Made by a program: the position numbers and the translations under genes. Source: an uncultured Desulfospira sp. (lineage in GTDB: Bacteria > Desulfobacterota > Desulfobacteria > Desulfobacterales > Desulfobacteraceae). Taken from it: a stretch of DNA of 64,000 nucleotides. The notes under the pieces are model-generated. The model ran no database searches, was not told the origin of the DNA, and saw only the letters and a program-made list of their open reading frames with translations. The stretch covers positions 1,984,001-2,048,000 of the forward strand of contig OY760175.1 in assembly GCA_963663165.1 (NCBI GenBank), given 5' to 3'. Of this stretch, positions 9,243 through 17,739 are shown one piece after another (position 1 is the stretch's first letter; every line of letters starts with the position of its first letter).

Positions 9243-9905
9243 CTATTTTCTTGACCGTCTCAGCCCCGCAAGCCCCACTAACCCGCTGCCCAGCAACCAT
9301 ACCGCGCCGGGGACGGGCACAGCGCTCGGTACGGTCAGGGTAAGTGAACCCAAGGATGTTCCTTCCGCGTTACCGGACCACCCCTCGCCCGAAACGTACT
9401 GAGCGCCTTGACGAAGAACAATGCTATATTTGTACACAGTACCTGTGTCCAGGGTCCACTCTCCGGTGGACGCATATAGACCTATAGAACTGCTATAATC
9501 GCCAACCGCATCCATTGATTTAAACAAATATTCGGAGGTCCATAAGTTTTTCTCTTTATCCTCATCGTAATAACCAAGGCGGATCGACTGATAGCAGGAA
9601 GAATACAAGGTATCGAGATATTCATCAGCAAGCGTGGCCTCGGAGAAAAGAGAGTAGCCTACGGTTACGGCGCCCTCTGACTCGCCCTCTTCTGCCTCTA
9701 TCGTGAACACGATTGAAACTGAGCCCTTGATGGCTCCATCATTCAAATCACCGCTGAAAACATAGGTTCCGGAGCCCTGATCCGAAAAATCGAAGCTCAC
9801 TGTTTCATCTGCGGTAGTAATTTCTGAAATGACAATCGTATAGGCAAAGGATTGCATGGGTATCAACAGACAAACAACAACAGCGAACATCAGTAACTTT
9901 TTCAT
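9243..9905 (-). CDS. PEP-CTERM surface protein, acidic beta-rich domain
   Basis: Signal peptide (QSFA); tail VPVPGAVWLLGSGLVGLAGLRRSRK. Confidence 0.9.
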   Translation of the reverse strand: MKKLLMFAVVVCLLIPMQSFAYTIVISEITTADETVSFDFSDQGSGTYVFSGDLNDGAIKGSVSIVFTIEAEEGESEGAVTVGYSLFSEATLADEYLDTLYSSCYQSIRLGYYDEDKEKNLWTSEYLFKSMDAVGDYSSSIGLYASTGEWTLDTGTVYKYSIVLRQGAQYVSGEGWSGNAEGTSLGSLTLTVPSAVPVPGAVWLLGSGLVGLAGLRRSRK

Positions 9906-9986
9906 GGCTTTCTCCATTTTTAAATTAAATAAAAATAACTACTAAAGGGGGGGGGGCATGACTCATGGTTTGCCCCCTTCTTGTTT

Positions 9987-10718
9987 CTATTTTCTTGCAC
10001 GTCTTAAGCCCACAAGCCCCACAAGGCCGCTGCCCAAAAGCAGCCGTAGGTCGGGTAGAGGGGCGAAACCCGACGTTGGGTTTCGCTCCCGCTCTACCCA
10101 ACCTATACCTGTTTGTACTATTCTTGTTTCCAGTTTATAGTTTCTTGCACGTCTTAAACCCGCAAGCCCCGCAAGGCCTGCGCCCAGCAGCAGCATGGTG
10201 CCGGGTACAGGAACCGGATTATTCCCCACGGCAACCATGGCGGACACATTGTACCCACCCTCACTGACTGTACCTGTGGTAGTGTAATCAAGACCGTAAT
10301 CGCCGCCGTTGGCGGACTCAGCATTGACACTGATGTTGGTTGACCCTTCACTAAGAATGGTAAAGTAAAGGGTGGCCAGCAGGATATTGTCCCCGGTCAC
10401 GCCCTGAGTGGACGTGCCGCCCACAAAATATGCCTGGTAGTAGCCCAGGTTGCTGAACTCTGTTTTATAGAGGGAGTAGCCGAAATATTTGTATATGGCC
10501 TCATCTTCGACAGCCACATCAAAGCCAAAAGAGGTCAGAGAAAAATCGGCCAGGCCTTCTGAATACAGCCAGACATTCACCTCAAAAACCGTACCGGTAT
10601 AGCCGGTATAGCCGGTCTCAACAAGGGTTATATCCGGGGAAGCCTGGGCCGTGCCAAGGCTTAAAAACGCCAGCAACAGCAGTGTCATTGCCGGTATTGT
10701 TTTTTTCATTTGTTCCAT
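9987..10718 (-). CDS. PEP-CTERM protein with a cohesin-like domain, reading through into a second orphan sorting tail
   Basis: VFEVNVW..FGFDV..NILLATLYFT; VPVPGTMLLLGAGLAGLAGLRRAR, then a REP-derived linker and a second LLLGSGLVGLVGLRRARK. Confidence 0.8.
   Translation of the reverse strand: MEQMKKTIPAMTLLLLAFLSLGTAQASPDITLVETGYTGYTGTVFEVNVWLYSEGLADFSLTSFGFDVAVEDEAIYKYFGYSLYKTEFSNLGYYQAYFVGGTSTQGVTGDNILLATLYFTILSEGSTNISVNAESANGGDYGLDYTTTGTVSEGGYNVSAMVAVGNNPVPVPGTMLLLGAGLAGLAGLRRARNYKLETRIVQTGIGWVERERNPTSGFAPLPDLRLLLGSGLVGLVGLRRARK
10046..10108. repeat. Inverted GTAG-type REP doublet (REPIN-like)
   Basis: GTAGGTCGGGTAGAGGGGCGAAACCCGAC abutting an inverted near-copy GTTGGGTTTCGCTCCCGCTCTACCCAACCTATAC. 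Confidence 0.7.
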
Positions 10719-10836
10719 CTCCTTTTGTTAGCCGCCCGGAACAGACGGGCCTTAAATTTTCACCAGATAAGAAAGAGGGTAAAGATAAGGGATCAAGAAG
10801 TCTCTTCCTGACTCATGATTTTCCCCCTTCTTGTTT

Positions 10837-11361
10837 CTATTTCATTTCACGTCTTAAGCCCGCAAGCCCAGCAAGGCCTACACCCAGCAGCAGAATGGTG
10901 CCGGGAACAGGCACGGCAGAGGCAGCATCGGTTGCGGTCAGGCGAACCTGAATTTCCGCATAATCGTTTGACACAATCATGCCGCCAAGATAATACTCGG
11001 TGCCGGTGTCCACAGTGTATTCCCCGTCGCCCGAAATCACATTATTTTGGGATAAAAGCAATGCCCCAGCGGCCATAGTGCCTGAGCCTGTTGTCTCGGT
11101 AACACTGTACGCCAGGGTCACGCTATCCGACTCGCCACCCTCAGCTACGATGGTGATATTGCCATAAGTTGCGCCCATGGCACCACCGGTACCCGTATCA
11201 CCTGTACGAATGGTAAAAACATAATCGTCGCCGTCTTGTTCCCACGAATAGCTGTCCAAGACTTGACTCTGGTACGTGAGGGAAAAATCGATCATATAAG
11301 CAAACGATTGCACCGGGAACAGCAGGCAAGCTGTAACAGCCAGTATCAATAACTTTTTCAT
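10837..11361 (-). CDS. PEP-CTERM surface protein
   Basis: Start refined to MKKLLIL (GGAGG SD upstream); signal peptide QSFA; tail VPVPGTILLLGVGLAGLAGLRREMK. Confidence 0.9.
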   Translation of the reverse strand: MKKLLILAVTACLLFPVQSFAYMIDFSLTYQSQVLDSYSWEQDGDDYVFTIRTGDTGTGGAMGATYGNITIVAEGGESDSVTLAYSVTETTGSGTMAAGALLLSQNNVISGDGEYTVDTGTEYYLGGMIVSNDYAEIQVRLTATDAASAVPVPGTILLLGVGLAGLAGLRREMK

Positions 11362-11441
11362 AATTTCCTCCGTTTTTTGATTTCTTATTAAATTTAATAA
11401 ATGGGTTATAAGGTTGTCTGAACGAGTAACGCCCTTTTCAT

Positions 11442-12302
11442 CTATCGGTTTCTTGCCCGGCGCAACCCTGCAAGGCCGACAAGACCGAAACATAGCAGGC
11501 AGAAGGCTCCGGGAACCGGCACCGCACTTGTCACCACAGTTGTTGAAATATAAGGCGCATTGGCACCATCACGGTCAAAGCTGGCATAAACGCTGCCGGA
11601 CAAAGCAGCTGTGTCTAATATCTCTTGCACATAGGCGTGATACTCTTCATAGGTTAAACTGTTAATCCATTCATTAGTAACATTCTCCGGTATCCAGCCA
11701 TCATAGACATACCCGCTGGCAAGAACGATACCGTTGTTGCTGTCCGGATCAAGAACCCAGCTATTGTACAGTTCGGTAATGTCTATGCTATAGGTACCAC
11801 TGGCTGTCATGGTCAGGCTTGAGACAGGGGTTTCATCCAATAGGGCATCCTTAAGCGCCTCGACCTGAGCCGCTGCTTCACTGCTCCCATAACCGTCCTC
11901 TCCGTAGACTGTAAGACCCTCCACATCAACATCACCGGGATCATAAACGTCCAGATATGCCGGAAGATCAGTAGTTGTGGCAGGAGGATTGCCGCCGGTC
12001 ATTGAACCTGTTCCCAAAAGGTCGATGACCAGATATGCCGATTCAACGGTCTCGGTTGCCAAAACATCAAATTTCACCCAGGCATAGCCCCACAAATCGG
12101 CATCGCCGTCTGCGCCAAACACTTCAAGGGCCGACACTACAAAATAATCCTTGGCGTCTTCCGGATAAGTTGTAACGGACCCCTGACCGTTCATATAGGT
12201 GTACCCGGTCATAATGGCCTCGCCGATAACCTCGGCAGATGCGGTGCCGGTAATTAACAGCCCGATCATTGCCAGCGCGATACAAATACGTTTAAACTTC
12301 AT
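11442..12302 (-). CDS. PEP-CTERM surface protein with the shared YxYM/GSM domain
   Basis: Close paralog of 5163-5990, with long identical stretches; tail VPVPGAFCLLCFGLVGLAGLRRARNR. Confidence 0.9.
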   Translation of the reverse strand: MKFKRICIALAMIGLLITGTASAEVIGEAIMTGYTYMNGQGSVTTYPEDAKDYFVVSALEVFGADGDADLWGYAWVKFDVLATETVESAYLVIDLLGTGSMTGGNPPATTTDLPAYLDVYDPGDVDVEGLTVYGEDGYGSSEAAAQVEALKDALLDETPVSSLTMTASGTYSIDITELYNSWVLDPDSNNGIVLASGYVYDGWIPENVTNEWINSLTYEEYHAYVQEILDTAALSGSVYASFDRDGANAPYISTTVVTSAVPVPGAFCLLCFGLVGLAGLRRARNR

Positions 12303-12329
12303 TTTTCATTCCTTATCGTATAAAAATCG

Positions 12330-13082
12330 TTAATTGATTTTAGTTATTTTTCTGCGCCGCAGACCGGCCAAAGCCGCAAGACCCGAGCCCAGCAGCAGAA
12401 CCGCCCCTGGAATCGGTACGGAAGAGACTGAAACTTGTCCGTTGCGAAGGGCTATAGCACCGACACCGGAGACACCGTCCTTGGTGTAGCAGCCCTGGCC
12501 GCCGGTGGGCATCCTAAAGAGAAAGGCACTATCGGAATCATAAATTGCAGCCTCCGTCCCTGTCCAGTACCACCCATAGCTATCTAAATTTTCAAAATCT
12601 CCTGTTTCGTTCAGCCCGTATTCGCCTCTGGAAAGACGATTACCTGAGGTATCCTGCAATCCCAGGTTGCCCAGTTCCTCATAAAAGAGATGGCCCAACT
12701 CGGAAGTGATGATATTATACCCTAACGTGGTGGTACCATCATATCCGGATTTCAGGGTGCCATCCACAGTGGTTGGCAGCCGCCAGGACGACCCACCCCA
12801 GTCCACGGTATATCCATCATAAAGGATAATGGTCAAAACACCTTCTTCATTCAGGCTTGATGCCCAGGCAACCTGGTCGTCCCAGGTTGAAGCATCATTA
12901 TCATAATCCAGCCACACCACTGAATTGCCATTGTTGTCATCATCCCAGATAAGCTTGTACTCTGATCCGTTGTAAGTAGCCGTGCCGATAGTGGTCAAAG
13001 CGGCGTAGGCCGAAGGAGCAAATCCCAGAGCGACGGCCAGCAGGGCCATGGTGAATGCCATCATAATTTTTCTTAATTTCAT
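12330..13082 (-). CDS. PEP-CTERM surface protein with a DUF1566/Lcl-like domain
   Basis: WRLPT and SELGHLFYEELG motifs, WYWTGT; tail VPIPGAVLLLGSGLAALAGLRRRK. Confidence 0.85.
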   Translation of the reverse strand: MKLRKIMMAFTMALLAVALGFAPSAYAALTTIGTATYNGSEYKLIWDDDNNGNSVVWLDYDNDASTWDDQVAWASSLNEEGVLTIILYDGYTVDWGGSSWRLPTTVDGTLKSGYDGTTTLGYNIITSELGHLFYEELGNLGLQDTSGNRLSRGEYGLNETGDFENLDSYGWYWTGTEAAIYDSDSAFLFRMPTGGQGCYTKDGVSGVGAIALRNGQVSVSSVPIPGAVLLLGSGLAALAGLRRRKITKIN

Positions 13083-13426
13083 TGGTTCTTCCTTTTTTGT
13101 TTATTTAATTTTTCTTAAAATCTTTTAAAACACTACCGGTTATAGGATTTCAGCCATTAGCGGTTAGATTTTCCTGCCGGCTGCCGACAGGACATGGCTA
13201 TCCTTATGAAAGGCTGGGAGTGATGGGCCCAAGGCTTTAAGAAAGCCAGCCGGTTATCTTCAGCACTTTCAAAATTTTTCGCGCCCGGCTGTGGGCATGA
13301 CGGTTATATTGAAATGAATAATTGATTGTGATATTTACATTGAGTGAGTGAAGGTTGAGGTATCACCTCCTTTCATACCCGGTCCGCTGCATGGGAAGAT
13401 GCGCGGGCCGGGTTCATTTGGGTTCA

Positions 13427-13464
13427 GCCGCAGGGCACCGGATTTAGGGCCGGTGCCCTGCGGC
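13427..13464. other. 15-bp perfect GC-rich intergenic stem-loop without a U-tract
   Basis: GCCGCAGGGCACCGG-N8-CCGGTGCCCTGCGGC. Confidence 0.7.
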
Positions 13465-13563
13465 AAGGCCAGCGGCGGTCCCGGGGCCGGAAACTCATGT
13501 TTTACTGGTGGCACAGGCAAACAAAGTATCCGGTTCCTGGGGCAGCCCGCCGGCAGGAAGGGG

Positions 13564-14328
13564 TTAACTTCTGCGGCGCAGGCCCACCAGGCCCACCAGG
13601 CCGCATCCGAGCAGCATCATGGTGCCGGGAACGGGAACGGCGCTGGTGGTTTCAATATAAAGAGCCGTGGTGCCGTTAAGGCTGTTACCGGTTTTGCCTA
13701 CACCAGTGAGGCCTGAGAAAACAGCACCGACAGCGCCCACTGCACCGCTGGCTTCATTTGAATTGGGGCTGGCACATACCAGGACAAGACCATTGTTTTC
13801 GATCTCGCCTGAAACCCAGGCATTGTAAATATCTGTAATGTCGATGCCCCAAACGCCGTTTGAGGTCATGGTGGCGGTAGTCAGCAGAGAGGTCGTTCCG
13901 GTACTGGAGTCTGCCAGATCCGCATAAAGAGTTGAAATGGTTGAAGAGGTAAGGTCTGCCACATCCGTGTCACCCGGTGAATAGATATCCAGAACTGCCG
14001 GATAATCTACCGTGGCATCAGTATAGTTCATGCTGCCCACAGCCAGCAGTTCCAGATACAGAACCGCACTGTCCACGGTTTCAGTACCAATATCGCTGAA
14101 TTTAATGGTGGCATAGCCCCACATATTTGTACCGGCGTATTCATATTCCAGGGGACCGGCGATAAAATAATTATCTTCCGAAGTTTGGAATTGCCCTCCC
14201 ATATATGCATAGGAGGTAGAGCTTGCACTGTAAGTATCAGCCAGAGCCGTACCGGCAAAAGCAAATACACTGAACATCAGTGCAATGGCCAATACAATGG
14301 CATTCTTTCTTAATTTCATTTTTCTCAT
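13564..14328 (-). CDS. PEP-CTERM surface protein with the shared YxYM/GSM domain
   Basis: YAYMGG, NMWGY, AVGSM, IDITDIYNAWV..NNGLVL; tail VPVPGTMMLLGCGLVGLVGLRRRS. Confidence 0.9.
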   Translation of the reverse strand: MRKMKLRKNAIVLAIALMFSVFAFAGTALADTYSASSTSYAYMGGQFQTSEDNYFIAGPLEYEYAGTNMWGYATIKFSDIGTETVDSAVLYLELLAVGSMNYTDATVDYPAVLDIYSPGDTDVADLTSSTISTLYADLADSSTGTTSLLTTATMTSNGVWGIDITDIYNAWVSGEIENNGLVLVCASPNSNEASGAVGAVGAVFSGLTGVGKTGNSLNGTTALYIETTSAVPVPGTMMLLGCGLVGLVGLRRRS

Positions 14329-14511
14329 TCCTTTCTTGTTGTAAAATTTAAATAAATAGGATTAATTGGTTTGTTGAAAAAAAAGCTGATTTTCCTTTTA
14401 ACGAATAACCTCAAAAAGTATCACCCCCTTTCGGTTTGTTAGCTGTTAGCTTTTAGCTGTTGCTGTGAGCCATGAGCTATGAGCTGTCAGCAGCTAAGGG
14501 CCTCTTACGGT

Positions 14512-17500
14512 TTAACGGAACAGGCTGTTGATAAAACAGCCGCCGCCCACGCTCTCATCCGGGGTGCTTGCCGTCGCTTCAACTGCGGTGCCGCTCACGG
14601 TCCCGTACACTGAGCAATGATCAGTGGTAAAGGTCACGGTCTGATTTGCCTCATCCACCGAGACGATATTATCCAGGTAGATCTCTTCAATGTCGGCATC
14701 CTCGTCCCCTGAGAAAAAGGTTTCCAGGTCAGGGGCATGGACAATTCTCCAGGACCCCAGGGTGAAGGGGTCATCGGATCCGGCCGCACTGGCGTCATAG
14801 GAGATGGTGATCTCAATCTCCAGAATGTCGGCATCATCCAGAGGCTCCCCGTTTTCATCGTAAAGCTCAAATAAAAACAGGCCGGTGGCACCCCCGGGAC
14901 TTGTGCTGCCGGTGTCCACCACCATCACATAGATCTTTCCGACTGTGGTTGAGACACTGTTGGCCGTAATGGTGATGGTAACGGGGTCCCCTGAAATCGT
15001 ATCAAAATAGATCTCTTTGGAGCCGGTCAGGCCGGCAGGATCATCAATGGCGGTGATCAGCATTTTGGCGCCGTCTTCTCCGGCGGTCCCGCCGATCTGG
15101 GTTGAGTCGTCGCCTTGGGCCATTTCAATACAGACAAAGCTGCCGAAACCGCCCAACTGCTCTAAGGCATCCGTGCAGATGCCGGTGAGCCGCTCTTTTT
15201 CTTCATCCGTGGTACCGGCCGGCAGGTAAAGGGGGGCCTGAGACGTGCCGGACTCCTCTCCGATACCAATATAGATCCGGTCATCTTCGCTGCCGCAGGT
15301 TACGGTGATGCTGCAAAGCCCGTAGTCATCCGGTGCCGTAAAGGTGACCGTGCTGCCGGTAGTGGCGGACAGGGCCGAAGCTGACACATCAGTGCCGTCA
15401 GGCCCCTCAACTGTCCACTGGTAAGTGCCGGAACCGCCCGAAGCCGTCAGGCTTCTGGTCTCGCCCGGGAGCATGGCCGCCGTGGCATTGACCTGGTCAG
15501 TGATGCGCAGTTTGTCCGTATCATATGTGACCAGCAGGTAAGGAGGATCATCGGCATCCTCCCTTGCCACCAGGTGCCAGCTGTATCCGTCGCCGTAATC
15601 AGCACCGTAAATATCGGTTGAACCGGTCCAGGACTGATCGTCATGGTCTTTGAGTTCCAGGCCGTTGTTCTCCCACTGGCCGTTCAGCCATCCCTTTACG
15701 ATGGGGGCCACATCAACTTTTCCCGTGGAGTAGGAGCCTGTGGTGTGGGTCACCAGGACACTGGGGGCTTCGGGCACATACCAGGGTTTGTTGGTCATAT
15801 CCACATACCCGTCACCGGTCACGGCTTCGGTCCAGTAAAAGTCATCTACGGTATCTCCGGTTTTCTCCTGTGTGTCGGTGGAAAGGGCGTATATAGTACC
15901 GTACATGGCCGTACCGTCCGGGGCCGGGGGCCCCACATCCATCTCACCGGCACTGTAGTCGTCCATGGTGTAAACCAGATATGCGGCTTCAATATCTTCC
16001 GTGGTCAGCCCAAGATCGGTTATGGGGCTTAAGTCAAACCGCATAAGAATCCGGGCATCCACAATGTAAACCGCCCCGGCCTTGAGCTTGTATTCCCCCA
16101 TGGAGGTCCCCTGGGGATACCCCTTGCCGTTGCCCATGCCCCCATACAGCACATAGGTGTCTTCGGACACCTCACAGCGAACCGTGCTGGCCACGAGGGT
16201 GGTGAAACTCCAGGTCACGGCAGATCCTAAGGTGTTGCCGGCAAGATCGGCGGCAGTGGCCGCTATGGTAACGGTATATGAGGTTTGCTCTTCAAACACC
16301 ATATCAGGGATAAAGACCAGAACGCTTTTCCCTTCCCAGGAGAGGCTGCCGTCCACTGCCGGGCTAAGGGTAAACCCGTTCTCAACGGTCTCCTTGTCCA
16401 TGTCTTCACTGAAGGTAACCGTTATCGTATCGGTAACAGCCGCCTCAGCCCCGTCTTCAGGGCTGACAGACAGCACCGTGGGGGGACACTGGATATTCCA
16501 GGTGATATTTTCCAGATCAGACCAGACCCCCAAACTGTCCTGCACCTGGATTTTCAGGGTATGGTCCCCGTCGGTCAGGCTGCTCAGTTCCAGGGTGTCG
16601 GAAGGATCACAGGCATCGCTCCAGTCTCCGTCGTCAAGGCAATACCGATAGGCATACACCCCGGTTCCTGATATGGTCAGGCTTATGGTATCTTTTACAA
16701 TGGCGGTATCAGGGGTTCCTTCAACTTCAGGGTCAGGGGCCACATAGGCCCCGGTGGTGAAGCTGAACGTGTACTCGTTTTCCAGGCTTTTTTCTGCGGC
16801 ACTTTGGGCCCCCGTGCCCATGGTCACGGTATAGGCGGTCTCATGGGTTAACAGATCTGTCGGCGTAAAGGTTACGGCCGTTTCAAGGTCATTCCAGGAA
16901 AAAGTCCCGGTTACCGCAGTCTCGGTACTTGAGCTTAAGACCATGGAAAAGGCCTGTTCCACACTTTCGGTGGCCATGGGCTTGTCAAAGCCAATGGTAA
17001 CCGATGTTCCCACATCAATACCGGTAGCGCTTGCTTCCGGAGTTGTGGTATCGACTGTGGGGGCTGATTCAGGGGCAGAAAACGTAATGTAGGGCATGGT
17101 CCCCAAGGTCCCGTTAAGGCCGGCATATTTGGTTCCCACAGGACCCAGGTTAGAGGCATTGGATGCCCCTGAATTTTCACTGTCGCTCATTAAAACAAGG
17201 CCGTTATTGGCCTGATCGCCCCGCACCCAGGCATTATAGATGTCTGTGATGTCGATGGCATAAGTCCCGTTGGCCGTCATGGTGAAGTCCGAAACAATAG
17301 GGGAAGAGGAGGCCTTAAGGGTTGTGTGCAGGGTGGCAGCGTCGGAAACCGTGGCAAGTGAGGCCACATCCGTATCACCGGGGCTGTATATATCCAGTTT
17401 TCCGGGATACGTTTCACTGGCGTCCTCAAGGTACATGCTGCCCACTTTCAAAAGATCAACGACCAGATAAGCACTTTGTACCTCCTCGGTTCCAATGGTG

Positions 17501-17721
17501 TCAAACTTGATAAAGGCAAACCCCCACATATCGGTCCCGTTGAACATATATGTCATGGGACCTGCGATAAAATAGCTTTGTTCGGAGATATTAAAACCTG
17601 TTCCGCCCATATAGGCATACCCGGTCAGGGTACATGGGTAATCGGCAGATGCGGTATGGGAACAAAACAGGTTCCCGGTCACCAGCACTGCTAAAATTGT
17701 TATGATTCTGATTAACTTCAT
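14512..17721 (-). CDS. Large acidic surface protein: YxYM/GSM domain, SbsA/Big_5 Ig-like repeats, DNRLRE-like domain, GGGCFI C-terminal tail
   Basis: Signal peptide; N-domain homologous to 13564; two PTV..P..GA..V...ITVTFSE.M Ig repeats; DTYV...RILMRFDLS...NNGLEL; ends GGGCFINSLFR. Confidence 0.85.
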   Translation of the reverse strand: MKLIRIITILAVLVTGNLFCSHTASADYPCTLTGYAYMGGTGFNISEQSYFIAGPMTYMFNGTDMWGFAFIKFDTIGTEEVQSAYLVVDLLKVGSMYLEDASETYPGKLDIYSPGDTDVASLATVSDAATLHTTLKASSSPIVSDFTMTANGTYAIDITDIYNAWVRGDQANNGLVLMSDSENSGASNASNLGPVGTKYAGLNGTLGTMPYITFSAPESAPTVDTTTPEASATGIDVGTSVTIGFDKPMATESVEQAFSMVLSSSTETAVTGTFSWNDLETAVTFTPTDLLTHETAYTVTMGTGAQSAAEKSLENEYTFSFTTGAYVAPDPEVEGTPDTAIVKDTISLTISGTGVYAYRYCLDDGDWSDACDPSDTLELSSLTDGDHTLKIQVQDSLGVWSDLENITWNIQCPPTVLSVSPEDGAEAAVTDTITVTFSEDMDKETVENGFTLSPAVDGSLSWEGKSVLVFIPDMVFEEQTSYTVTIAATAADLAGNTLGSAVTWSFTTLVASTVRCEVSEDTYVLYGGMGNGKGYPQGTSMGEYKLKAGAVYIVDARILMRFDLSPITDLGLTTEDIEAAYLVYTMDDYSAGEMDVGPPAPDGTAMYGTIYALSTDTQEKTGDTVDDFYWTEAVTGDGYVDMTNKPWYVPEAPSVLVTHTTGSYSTGKVDVAPIVKGWLNGQWENNGLELKDHDDQSWTGSTDIYGADYGDGYSWHLVAREDADDPPYLLVTYDTDKLRITDQVNATAAMLPGETRSLTASGGSGTYQWTVEGPDGTDVSASALSATTGSTVTFTAPDDYGLCSITVTCGSEDDRIYIGIGEESGTSQAPLYLPAGTTDEEKERLTGICTDALEQLGGFGSFVCIEMAQGDDSTQIGGTAGEDGAKMLITAIDDPAGLTGSKEIYFDTISGDPVTITITANSVSTTVGKIYVMVVDTGSTSPGGATGLFLFELYDENGEPLDDADILEIEITISYDASAAGSDDPFTLGSWRIVHAPDLETFFSGDEDADIEEIYLDNIVSVDEANQTVTFTTDHCSVYGTVSGTAVEATASTPDESVGGGCFINSLFR

Positions 17722-17739
17722 TTTACCATTTTCCTTGTT

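Noticed and set aside
9947..9956. G10 tract as a phase-variation switch
   Set aside because: Intergenic, with no promoter elements identified around it; cannot be supported without read data.
5163..14328. CRISPR array or DGR explaining the repeated segments
   Set aside because: The repeats are coding paralogy and sorting tails. There is no constant repeat-spacer period, no cas or reverse transcriptase gene, and no adenine-specific TR/VR pair evident.
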